From Acidobacteriaceae bacterium (GTDB lineage Bacteria; Acidobacteriota; Terriglobia; Terriglobales; Acidobacteriaceae): a DNA stretch of 64,000 nt. This document shows positions 56,801-64,000 of this stretch, piece by piece. Under the pieces are notes generated by a model. It was not told the origin of the DNA and made no database searches. It saw only the letters and a program-made list of their open reading frames with translations. Location: assembly GCA_043749775.1 (NCBI GenBank), contig JAYVCW010000208.1:47121-111120 (forward strand). The letters run 5' to 3'. The first letter of the stretch is position 1. The number at the start of each line of letters is the position of its first letter. The position numbers and the translations under genes are program-made.

Positions 56801-58428
56801 GAGAGATCGCCGGCCTTGCGCGGGAAGGCGTCGAACTCGCTTCGCAACAGCTTATTCAAGTCCATCAGCTTGCCGCGCTTGCGCTCCCATCCCATCCACA
56901 ACTTCTCGCGCGGATTATAAGTGCGATGGCGATGCAGGAAAAAAAACGAGCCGGTCTTCTGCTCCGCATACTTCTGGTTCAGGCAGTCGATGAGTTCGGA
57001 ACACAGATCGACCAGCGGATCGTCCTCATTGGGAGCGAAGGGGGAATCGGGGAGATCACTCAGTAGCAGGAAGTGCAAATTGGGATCGCGGTTGCCCAGA
57101 AACCGAACTTCCAAGTCTTCAATTAGCTTGTGGACCTGTCGTTCATTCAACAGCATGGTGGGGACTGCCACCAATGTGACGCAATCCTCCGGAAGCCCGT
57201 CGGAGAGGTCGAGTTTGGGAAGTATCTGTGTCGGGATCAGCGCTGAAACAAAATAGTTCATCATTTGCACAGCACTTTGTGACGCCGGCAATACGGTCGC
57301 CAGCAGCGCGAGTAAAACCATGACCGGAGAACTTTGGGGGTCGGTAATCAGCAACACGACGCCCACCACAATTGCTGAGGTCAGCACGGTAATACCGGGC
57401 AAGTAAAATTCGTCGGGATGCAATCGCAGAAAACTTCGCAAGCGGTGCATGAGCGGAGCACGAAAGCCCACACTGTGTTCAAGCTGCGGAGTCCGCTCAG
57501 CCAGCAGGTACGCCCCAACGTGCGAGTGCCGCAGAGTGAGCCGGGGGTCGTCACTTTCGTGGCTCGCGGCTGCCTTGCGCGCGAGTGACACTGCCTCGCT
57601 GGCCACCATGGTCTCACTGTAGTCCGACCGGTCTGCGATTTGCACGAGCCGGTTACGATAAAGCTCCCGGCTTTCGTAGTCCATTCGGGCATATGCGCCC
57701 GCCGGGTCTTCGCGCAAAATATGGTCGAACGGAATCAGTGGTTCGGTGACGTCTTTCCAGGACGTCAGCCCGACATCGCGCAGACTGCGCACCAGAACGT
57801 CCACGCCGGATGATTCCTCCGGATCCTGTGGCAACTGGCGTCCACGCGCGGCAATTTGCTCGAGCAACACGAGCTTTAAAACAGGCGACAGTGTCCGCAG
57901 TTCGACCAATCGCAACGCCATCACTTCCTGAAACGCAGCAATGTATGCCGTGAAGCCAGCTTCGCCAAACTGAAAGCCACTCGCATCCAGAAAATCTTCA
58001 GCGATGGCCAGGATTCTCGGACTTACACTCCCGTGGCCAACTCTGGCCTGCGGAATCCGCATTTGCGGCTTGAAGGCGGCAATTACGCCGTCGAGGTCCG
58101 CTTCCACCATCCGGGTGTTATCGCGAAGCCAGCGAAAATCGCTTGACAGATCCTTTGGCGGCCGCGATTCCACAGCTGAAAGCAACGGCCCGAGAGCAGA
58201 AGGAAGTCTTCGGCTCCGGTCGCGAAGGGAACGCGATTTCGGCTGACCCGGCAGCCATGCCATGCTGCTCGCCAACCGCACCGCCCGCTCACGCAACGCA
58301 ACCAAATCCTGATCAGGCAAATCCGCCTCGGGTTCCGGCGACAGCACAGATGGCTCAAGAGGCGGAAGGAAGTCCTGGCTCTGGATGCCGGCAGCACTGT
58401 CGAGTTCCTGATGGGCATTCTGTGTCAT
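53887..58428 (-). CDS. Cyclic beta-1,2-glucan synthase (Cgs/NdvB/ChvB)-like protein containing the GT84 domain, TM region and (alpha/alpha)6 domain but apparently no GH94 phosphorylase domain
   Basis: 1513 aa. ITLDSDTELPRG is the DxD motif and HRWLRGDWQIAGWL is the QxxRW-type motif. TM helices follow, then SWSGTMFEYLMPALWM...GIPWGISESAYF...YYAFG...WMAHHQGMSLL. Canonical Cgs proteins are about twice this length. Confidence 0.8.
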   Translation of the reverse strand: MTQNAHQELDSAAGIQSQDFLPPLEPSVLSPEPEADLPDQDLVALRERAVRLASSMAWLPGQPKSRSLRDRSRRLPSALGPLLSAVESRPPKDLSSDFRWLRDNTRMVEADLDGVIAAFKPQMRIPQARVGHGSVSPRILAIAEDFLDASGFQFGEAGFTAYIAAFQEVMALRLVELRTLSPVLKLVLLEQIAARGRQLPQDPEESSGVDVLVRSLRDVGLTSWKDVTEPLIPFDHILREDPAGAYARMDYESRELYRNRLVQIADRSDYSETMVASEAVSLARKAAASHESDDPRLTLRHSHVGAYLLAERTPQLEHSVGFRAPLMHRLRSFLRLHPDEFYLPGITVLTSAIVVGVVLLITDPQSSPVMVLLALLATVLPASQSAVQMMNYFVSALIPTQILPKLDLSDGLPEDCVTLVAVPTMLLNERQVHKLIEDLEVRFLGNRDPNLHFLLLSDLPDSPFAPNEDDPLVDLCSELIDCLNQKYAEQKTGSFFFLHRHRTYNPREKLWMGWERKRGKLMDLNKLLRSEFDAFPRKAGDLSVLSSVRFVITLDSDTELPRGSAHRMVGAIAHPLNQAIIEPHRGVVVAGYGILQPRVGISVQSTARSRLASIYSGQTGLDIYTRAVSDVYQDLYDEGIFVGKGIYEVETLHRVLDGRFPRNALLSHDLVEGAYARAGLVSDIEIIEDCPSHYNAHNRRKHRWLRGDWQIAGWLRRSVLDESGKWVDNPLSVVSRWKILDNLRRSLVEPATFVLLVLGWFLLPGRPWAWTLATIAILFLPTFVQLLFDLVRAAVVKTRSGALDAVGAFVDAGVANWLTFAFLAHQALLSMDAVVRTIVRRLVTRQRLLQWETAAQAELSGQQRTALDIYLDYAPVLALALFLLLVLLNRSALLAATPVLVLWACSQPLSRWLNRPAREPRRQAGRKDRWLLHFSALRIWRYFAEFSTEEHNWLIPDNVQEDPPIIAGRISPTNLGFLLNARQVACTFGYLTTPELADLTLQTLASVRRLPRHRGHLLNWYDTRSLLPLPPAVVSSVDNGNLVASLWTLQSGCIELLHRPLLQPALAAGFLDNVHALVDLGALDRRRFSEFKRDSNRQNWLQFLITVPDTTLEAVYEGAANSKNADDARWFGEQARERIHHARRTARLYSPWLLPEFARLENDRAVLLQRLPSASPLGALPGFIDNLSSRLQAALKTAPSVETGELHRSLLSLLPEARANVVSLIKNLREIADEAGRIASEMDFGVLLDQKRGLLSVGLDVATEKLLTGRYDLLATESRIAVFAGIAKDDIPQESWFLLGRSHTIDHGRAVLRSWSGTMFEYLMPALWMRIYPNTLLERSLIAAVRSQRAHADSFGIPWGISESAYFRTDGDGNYQYYAFGLPQLAAGRVDLDGPVISPYSTFLALHVDPAAALENLRTMLGKRWAGVYGFYEAIDFHASRRRARFRGPEVVRTWMAHHQGMSLLSIANFLQDDIVQRWFHKHPQVQATELLLQEKPATHVRPTRRSFRSRVA

Positions 58429-58453
58429 CTTCTAAGCTTTCGTTCCCTGGCCA

Positions 58454-60274
58454 CTAGCGATAACTGGAGGCCTGCATCTCAAACATTTCGGCGTAGCGGC
58501 CGCCGAGCCGGGTGAGTTCGTCGTGACTGCCTTCTTCCGCGATCTTTCCGTTCTCCAGCACTACGATGCGGTGAACAGTCCGCACGGTTGAAAACCGGTG
58601 CGAGATCAGCAGCGCGGTTTTTCCGGCGGTGAGTTCGGAAAAACGTTTGAAGACTTCGAACTCGCTGCGCGCATCCAGAGCGGCAGTCGGTTCGTCGAGA
58701 ATCAACAGTTGGGCATCCCGCAGATAGGCCCGCGCCAGCGCGATTTTCTGCCACTCCCCGCCGGAAAGGTCCACACCATTGTCGAAGCGCCGTCCGAGCA
58801 TCTGTTCGTAGCCCCCGGCCAATTTTCCTATTGTGAAGTCCGCCATGCTTTTCTGGGCCGCAACCTTTATAAGATCCAGGTTGTCGGCCTCGTTGATCAG
58901 GGCTACTGCGATATTTTCGCGGGCGTTCATCTCGTAGCGCATGAAATCCTGGAAAATGACCGCGATCTCCCGATGCAGATCTTCGATGTTGTATTCGCGC
59001 AGGTCGACGCCATCCAGCAGAACTTGTCCTTCGGTGGGATCGTAGAGTCGGGTAATCAGCTTTACGATCGTCGTTTTCCCCTGACCGTTCTCGCCGATCA
59101 AGGCCACCCGCTCCCCGCGGCGCAATTGGAAATTCAGGCGGTCAAGAATCAGCCGCGAGCTACCCGGATAGTGGAACGACACATCTCGAAATTCAAACCC
59201 GTAAACCATCGGCCGCGGCACGGGAATCGCATTCGGCTTGGAGCGGATGGTGGGCTCCATGGCGAAGAAAGCCAAGAGATCCGTTAGGAACAGCGCCTGA
59301 TCGGCGATTCCAGCGAGCGTCGAAAACATCTGCTGGATATTTCCGCTAGCCTGCTGGATCGCGTTGGTAAGAAAAACCATTGCGCCGATGCTCAGATCCC
59401 CATTCAGCGTGCGCCAGATAACGTAAACGTAGGCGGCGTAAAGGCCTGCCGTCCCGAACATTGATAGCAACGAGCCGGCAACCAGCCGTCGCCGGGACAA
59501 GGCGACATTTTCTTCGTAAATGCTATCGGAGAGGCGCGCGAAGCGCTCCCGCAGAAAATCTCTGAGGCCGAAAAGCTTCAATTCCTTCGCAGCTTCTTTG
59601 CTTCCGCCGAGAACTCGGAGATAATCCAACTGCCGCCGAATGGGCGTCTGGCGGAAATTTTTTGCGTAGCCCAGAAAAGCGAAGTGACTCTCGCCGAAGA
59701 ATGCGGGCACCACGCCGGCAATCAGGAGCAAGAGTAGCCACGGCGAGAACAATAGAATCGAAACCGAAAGAATTACTGTGGTAATGCCTTGTTGGATCAA
59801 GCGTCCAATGGCCTGAATCATTCCCAGGCGATCGGTCGCCTGTACCCGGGCGCGTTCCAGGCGGTCATAGAAGACCGGGTCCTCGTAGGCCAGCAGATCC
59901 AGCCCTGCGGCGTGGTCCATCACGCGAATGCTGACGTGCCTGGTGTACTTATCCGCCAATAGTGAATCGGAATAATCGATGCTTCGCGCGAGGACGCTGG
60001 CGAGAACAGCCAGTCCAAATTCTGCCGTAACCAGCCACCAGAAATGGGGCGGTGGGGTTCCGTGCGTTTTGCCGGCGTACACAATGCCGTCAATGATCAG
60101 CTTACCGATCCATAACAATAGAACTGGGGTGAGCGATGCGGCCAGGCGGGCAGCCAGTCCGAACACCACGACTCCGGGGCCGGAGTCCCACACGATCCTG
60201 AGAACAGCGGGAACGTTGCGGAGCGCCGAGATGCGCTCCCGCCAGCCCATCGAAACATTTTCGTGGCCCGCCAT
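58454..60274 (-). CDS. ABC exporter, fused permease-ATPase (NdvA/ChvA/MsbA-like)
   Basis: 606 aa with a 6-TM N-domain. Walker A is GENGQGKTT, the signature is LSGGEWQ and Walker B is LLILDEPT. It sits immediately upstream of the glucan synthase on the same strand. Confidence 0.9.
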   Translation of the reverse strand: MAGHENVSMGWRERISALRNVPAVLRIVWDSGPGVVVFGLAARLAASLTPVLLLWIGKLIIDGIVYAGKTHGTPPPHFWWLVTAEFGLAVLASVLARSIDYSDSLLADKYTRHVSIRVMDHAAGLDLLAYEDPVFYDRLERARVQATDRLGMIQAIGRLIQQGITTVILSVSILLFSPWLLLLLIAGVVPAFFGESHFAFLGYAKNFRQTPIRRQLDYLRVLGGSKEAAKELKLFGLRDFLRERFARLSDSIYEENVALSRRRLVAGSLLSMFGTAGLYAAYVYVIWRTLNGDLSIGAMVFLTNAIQQASGNIQQMFSTLAGIADQALFLTDLLAFFAMEPTIRSKPNAIPVPRPMVYGFEFRDVSFHYPGSSRLILDRLNFQLRRGERVALIGENGQGKTTIVKLITRLYDPTEGQVLLDGVDLREYNIEDLHREIAVIFQDFMRYEMNARENIAVALINEADNLDLIKVAAQKSMADFTIGKLAGGYEQMLGRRFDNGVDLSGGEWQKIALARAYLRDAQLLILDEPTAALDARSEFEVFKRFSELTAGKTALLISHRFSTVRTVHRIVVLENGKIAEEGSHDELTRLGGRYAEMFEMQASSYR

Positions 60275-60597
60275 CCGCTTGATTCTACCGCCTTCAGGCT
60301 TCAGCTCTTGGAGGAGAAGCGCTTCTAGGGCTCCTGTTCTTGCCTTCGCCAGTTCCCAATTCAGGCCGGATCGTCCCGATTAAAGATGCCGAAAAAGGAT
60401 CTCAGGTTTGTCACGAGACCGGGCTGGCCCAACGTCGCCTTAATTGCGCCCCCGTGTCGCGATTTCGGAAGTTTCGCACACTTCCCACAGGATTCGCACA
60501 CGTTTTGACCCCCCGCATGCAGGAAACACCTGATAGACAGGGCGTTTCGCAGGGGGCGACCGAGCTTAAGCGACTAGTTCTCGATACCTAATAGAAT

Positions 60598-60630
60598 CGC
60601 CGTGCAACCTGAAAAACAGGCGGCACGGCG
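60598..60630 (-). terminator. Hairpin terminator candidate after 60657-61130
   Basis: On the minus strand: CGCCGTGC-cg-CCTG-TTTTT-CAGG-tt-GCACGGCG followed by ATTCTATT. Confidence 0.4.
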
Positions 60631-60656
60631 GGATGAAACAAGGTCAAAATGGGTAT

Positions 60657-61130
60657 TTACGGCTTGGGCGTTGAGTCCGGTCCGGTACCGCAAGTCTTGG
60701 AAACCATCTTCACGTCCGTGACTTGAATGGTGTTTCCGGCAGCGCCGTTCGTCGCAGAAGGCTGGGAAGGCTGAGTCTGCGAAGGCTGGGCTTGGGAAGG
60801 CTCGGAAGCCGATCCAGGAGCTGTGGCTGAATCGCCGGCGCCACTGGTGACCTGACCGGTGAGCGCGACTTCGTGTCCCACGTGGTTCTTCAACAGGCTG
60901 TCACTGCCCGCAACGTTAAAGGTTGTGTTAGTTCCGTCCTGGGTCAGCGTGTAGTTGCCATCGGATCCGCTCAAACAGCCCTGAATCGATCCGGCATTGG
61001 CATTGGCGTTGACGTTGGAACTGGAATTGGAGTCAACGGATGCCGCGGACGGCGCCGTGGCAGTGTCTTGAGCCAAGGCCAACGAGGCGCACATGGCTCC
61101 GAGAGATAAGCAATAAAAGATTTTCTTCAC
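60657..61130 (-). CDS. Small secreted protein, same family as 50881-51321, with PSQ-repeat linker
   Basis: The GTG at 61130 is preceded by GGAGG and gives VKKIFYCLSLGAMCASLALA (signal peptide). The core is IQGCLSGSDGNYTLTQDGTNTTFNVAGSDSLLKNHVGHEVALTG. A tandem PSQxQ repeat lies at about 60750-60800. Confidence 0.55.
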   Translation of the reverse strand: MKKIFYCLSLGAMCASLALAQDTATAPSAASVDSNSSSNVNANANAGSIQGCLSGSDGNYTLTQDGTNTTFNVAGSDSLLKNHVGHEVALTGQVTSGAGDSATAPGSASEPSQAQPSQTQPSQPSATNGAAGNTIQVTDVKMVSKTCGTGPDSTPKP

Positions 61131-61343
61131 AGAATTCCTCCGACATTGATTTCGTCCAGCTAAAAGCCACAGTAACTCCCTGTGCCGCAAAGCAAAATCC
61201 CCTTGAAGCCCTAAGGACGACGGAGGAACGCTGTACAAATACATCGCATAAAACCCGACGCCGGAAACATATAAAACGGGCTGCGAATGTCTAAGGTTCA
61301 AACATCCGTAGCCCGCTGGCATCCCCTTACTTGGAAGAATCAG

Positions 61344-61601
61344 TTAGCCGACTTTTCGGAAACTATCGCGATCGGCTTCCTTCCGCTGATTCTCTCGGTC
61401 GCTATCCTGGGCCTTATCCCATTCCTCGACCTGCTTTTCGGCAGCGTTGCGGGCAACACCGTATCGCTCCTGAATCTTGCCGACGAGCTGCTCTCGTTTC
61501 CCGTCAATCACATCGAGATCGTCGTCGGTAAGTTTTCCCCACTGTTCCTTAGCGGCACCGCGAACCTGTTTCCACTTGCCTTCAAAAGTATCTGAATTCA
61601 T
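61344..61601 (-). CDS. csbD: CsbD-family stress protein
   Basis: The ATG at 61601 follows GGAGGA. FEGKWKQVRGAAKEQWGKLTDDDLDVIDGKREQLVGKIQERYG is the CsbD signature. Confidence 0.85.
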   Translation of the reverse strand: MNSDTFEGKWKQVRGAAKEQWGKLTDDDLDVIDGKREQLVGKIQERYGVARNAAEKQVEEWDKAQDSDRENQRKEADRDSFRKVG

Positions 61602-61769
61602 GCGTTCCTCCTTGTATGGAATTGCGGTTCTACTCATTCACAATACTTCGGTAAAGCCGTCTTGCCGATCCTGTAATAGGGGTAGTTCCTAATCGGGTTT
61701 CCTGCAAGGGTTTGGGCCCACTTGGGGTCTTCGGAACAAAACGCAGGTATGATTTTGGGAGAAACATAT

Positions 61770-61796
61770 CGCGGGGGCACCTGGCGCCCCCCCGCG
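61770..61796 (-). terminator. GC-rich hairpin after the OMP gene
   Basis: On the minus strand: CGCGGGGG, an 11-nt loop, CCCCCGCG, then ATATGTTTCT. It starts 19 bp after the stop. Confidence 0.45.
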
Positions 61797-61814
61797 GTTT
61801 AGAAGGATCATTTG

Positions 61815-62405
61815 CTAGAAACGAATTACTGGGCCGAAACTGGCCTTCAGGTTATTTCTGATGCCATGGTCAAAGTAAATTTCGTCCCCGGCTTCAAGGC
61901 GCAGTCCGATCGGGCCCCAGAAACCTTCGACGCCGGCTCCCGGATAGAATGCAACGCGAGTGTCGCCGTTAGTGACGGCACCTAAAGCGCTGGTGAAGCC
62001 CGCAGGCGCGTTCTGATTCGAGGTGCTGAAATTCACAAACCCAACTTTCCCGGTCACAAACGCGCGGACCGGTCCAGAGGTCTGGAACTTCGGCCCAAAC
62101 AACGCAGTGAGAGGACGTAAATCAGTATTCACGAACTGAACGCTGGCTCCGTTAGAAAACGCACTGGCGAATGTCCGCTTGAAGTCATACGACATCTCGG
62201 CTTCGAGCTGCACATTGTGCGTGACGTTGACCGCCAGGCGCCCGCCGACGCCGACGAAATTGATCGCCGGGCTGGGGGCGTCGAGCCGAAAGAAATCAGC
62301 ATAAGCGCCGACTTCTACGTGGTTAAGGGAGTCCGATTGAGCTATCGCACCAAGGGGCGCGCCCAAAGAAAAAGCTAGAGAAAGCAACCAAATAATCCGT
62401 TTCAT
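61815..62405 (-). CDS. Small outer-membrane beta-barrel protein (OmpW/OmpX-size)
   Basis: 196 aa with signal LLSLAFSLGAPLGAIAQ, an alternating beta-strand pattern and a terminal VIRF. Confidence 0.7.
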   Translation of the reverse strand: MKRIIWLLSLAFSLGAPLGAIAQSDSLNHVEVGAYADFFRLDAPSPAINFVGVGGRLAVNVTHNVQLEAEMSYDFKRTFASAFSNGASVQFVNTDLRPLTALFGPKFQTSGPVRAFVTGKVGFVNFSTSNQNAPAGFTSALGAVTNGDTRVAFYPGAGVEGFWGPIGLRLEAGDEIYFDHGIRNNLKASFGPVIRF

Positions 62406-62591
62406 AACTTCCCCATCTCCTGTCGAATTTCTTCCACCAATCTGGCGGCAGCATTACTGACCAACAAACGATTAGATGCGAGGGTAAAGTGCAGGTTGGC
62501 CCTGGCGATTAGGACTGCGGAAAGAGGATTTGGAATTACTGGAAGGACTGGATTGACATCAGTATGCGGTGTTGTGACACCGGTCAAACGT

Positions 62592-63725
62592 CTAGATGAT
62601 ACCCTGCGTCGCCACTTGCGGCGAAGGATGGGGGATGAGGATTTCTACGACCGTCCCGGGGCTTCCCGGCAGGATCCGCAACTCTCCGCCGAATTCCTTG
62701 ACGCGTTGGCTCATGCCCGAGATCCCTATGCCAATGCTGTTCGGGTGTTGGTCGGAAACACTCTCAGTAACTCCTCGACCATCGTCTCGAATCCTTGCCA
62801 CGACGTGTCCGTCTTCTATGCTCAATGCCACGTCCGCATTTTGCGCCTGCGAGTGCCGGAAGACGTTGCTCAGGGATTCTTGCACGATGCGGAAAATTGT
62901 CGTCTCAAGGTCAGCCGGAAGGCGGGGAAAGTCCGGCGGATCAACCTCGATCGAAGTCTGGATACCGCTCCGTTGGGTAAAACCTTCCAAGTACCAGCGG
63001 ACCGCCGATAGCAGACCAATTTCATCGAGCAGAGGTGGATGCAAGAGATGCGACATGCTTCGCACCTGCTGAATACCTTCCTCAATAATCTTGGCCACGT
63101 CTTCGACTGCCTCTTGCTTGACTTCTTCAGACTTTGATTGCTGGCATCGATGCAAAAGCAGTTTCGCCGCCACCAATTCCTGCCCCAGGCCGTCATGGAG
63201 TTCGCGCGCGATGCGGCGGCGCTCTTCATCCTGCATTGTGATCAACCGGCCCGAAAGCCGGCGCAACTCGTCGTTCAGCTTGCGCAATTGGAGGGCTCTG
63301 CGAAACAGTTCAGCGAATACGCTGACCTTCGCCCTGAGCAATTCTGGGATGACAGGGACGGAAATATAGTCAACCGCACCGCGTTGATATCCTGTCAGCC
63401 GGTCAAGATCGGTGAGACGAACGGCGGAAATGAAAAGAATAGCGGTCTTTTGAAACCTGGGGTGTTGACGAATCATCTCTGCCAGTTCGAAACCGTCGAG
63501 CTCGGGCATGCTCACGTCCATGAGGACGAGGGCTACCTCATTTTTTAAGAGGCATTCCAAAGCCTCTCTTCCCGACGTGGCCTTAATGAGATTCTCCCCG
63601 AGTTCCTCCAGGATGACTTCATAAGTCAGCAGCTTGGCGGGCTGATCGTCCACCATGAGGATGTTGACTTTCTCCTGAGTGCTCATCGTTTTCTTTTTTC
63701 CGTTTGAGCCCGCTGCCATCTTCAT
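62592..63725 (-). CDS. Hybrid protein: N-terminal receiver plus HisKA_3/HATPase histidine kinase (NarX/DegS-type core)
   Basis: 377 aa. REC is ILMVDDQP...LVLMDVSMPELDG, the H-box is IARELHDGLGQEL, and the ATPase domain shows N- and G-box-like segments. Confidence 0.85.
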   Translation of the reverse strand: MKMAAGSNGKKKTMSTQEKVNILMVDDQPAKLLTYEVILEELGENLIKATSGREALECLLKNEVALVLMDVSMPELDGFELAEMIRQHPRFQKTAILFISAVRLTDLDRLTGYQRGAVDYISVPVIPELLRAKVSVFAELFRRALQLRKLNDELRRLSGRLITMQDEERRRIARELHDGLGQELVAAKLLLHRCQQSKSEEVKQEAVEDVAKIIEEGIQQVRSMSHLLHPPLLDEIGLLSAVRWYLEGFTQRSGIQTSIEVDPPDFPRLPADLETTIFRIVQESLSNVFRHSQAQNADVALSIEDGHVVARIRDDGRGVTESVSDQHPNSIGIGISGMSQRVKEFGGELRILPGSPGTVVEILIPHPSPQVATQGII

Positions 63726-63733
63726 CGCTCACC

Positions 63734-64000
63734 TTACCTGTGAAGCCACATGCGAAGCGCGGCCAGAAGCTGCTCGGTATTGACCGGCTTCGCCAGATAT
63801 TCTGACGCACCAGCTTCAAGGCACTTTTCGCGATCTCCCCTCATGGCTTTGGCCGTCAATGCGATGATTGGCAGGCGCCGGAAGGCTGCGTTTTGCCGGA
63901 TTACCTGCATCGTCTGGTATCCGTCCATTTCCGGCATCATGATATCCATGAGCACGATTGCAACATCTGGCGTGGACTCCAGGATAGCGATGGCCTCTCG
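63734..64000 (-). CDS. C-terminal receiver domain of a larger (probably hybrid sensor kinase) protein; the 5' part lies outside the window
   Basis: The frame is open to base 64000. [13 protein letters not shown]...[30 protein letters not shown] is a REC domain. Confidence 0.75.
   Translation of the reverse strand, partial: REAIAILESTPDVAIVLMDIMMPEMDGYQTMQVIRQNAAFRRLPIIALTAKAMRGDREKCLEAGASEYLAKPVNTEQLLAALRMWLHR

Noticed and set aside
61131-61322. 64-aa N-terminal extension of the 60657 ORF
   Set aside because: The extension precedes a clear signal peptide that begins at the GTG at 61130, which has a GGAGG RBS. The extension itself has no RBS and an odd composition.
61664-61689. ECF/general-stress-type promoter (GGAAC -35) upstream of csbD
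   Set aside because: GGAAC is present on the minus strand, but the sequence 16-17 nt downstream (TCGGCA) does not match the CGTT/CGTC -10 consensus. A single pentamer is not evidence.
1-64000. tRNA, rRNA, CRISPR arrays, integrases or intact prophage/IS elements
   Set aside because: Visual scanning found no cloverleaf-type T-arm motifs, no rRNA-like stretches and no regularly spaced direct repeats. The only transposase-like sequences are the two decayed fragments at 13.5 and 14.7 kb. A tRNAscan/Infernal run would be needed for certainty.

Overview
This is a 64 kb chromosomal window from a moderately high-GC Gram-negative bacterium. Gene content and protein style suggest Acidobacteriota/Terriglobia, but that is inference only. 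I recognised no rRNA, tRNA or CRISPR array. Laid out from left to right: (1) 1-13.2 kb holds ten co-linear minus-strand genes for an IclR-associated sugar/sugar-acid oxidation cluster (MFS and RhaT-like transporters, DUF4432 epimerase-like protein, SMP-30 lactonase, SDR, glucarate-dehydratase-like enolase, M81/MlrC-like peptidase, HemL-like aminotransferase, and an unknown secreted 536-aa protein). (2) 13.2-16.1 kb is a decay zone with a frameshifted, truncated IS110 transposase, an IS200/RayT-like remnant, an imperfect 50-bp direct repeat and a frameshifted sulfotransferase. (3) 16-26 kb carries small basic/hydrophilic proteins, a nucleotidyltransferase / metallophosphoesterase / AsmA-like operon, a second nucleotidyltransferase, TPR and secreted proteins, and a PLC/AcpA-type phosphoesterase lipoprotein. 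(4) 26.2-45.2 kb is the most interesting part. It is a cell-envelope glycan locus with no classical synthase, Wzy or Wza/Wzc. Instead it combines a Wzx-like flippase fused to a ParB/Srx-like domain, a degenerate NDP-sugar pyrophosphorylase, a STAS protein, a Dpm1/GtrB-like GT2, a GT4, a 1400-aa TPR plus C-terminal beta-barrel exporter, a GT-C-like membrane protein translationally coupled to three exported proteins, a GH71/99-like hydrolase and a methyltransferase. (5) 45.4-50.5 kb is a regulator block with three paralogous receiver proteins (one lacking its HTH), an ECF sigma factor without an adjacent anti-sigma, and a SYLF protein. (6) 52.5-60.3 kb is a beta-1,2-glucan locus (NdvA/ChvA-like ABC exporter, a 1513-aa Cgs/NdvB-like synthase that appears to lack the GH94 domain, and a Tat-exported GH144-like glucanase). 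It is flanked by two paralogous small secreted proteins. (7) 61.3-64 kb has CsbD, an outer-membrane beta-barrel protein and receiver-histidine-kinase hybrids. All functional calls come from motif recognition by eye; no database search was run.
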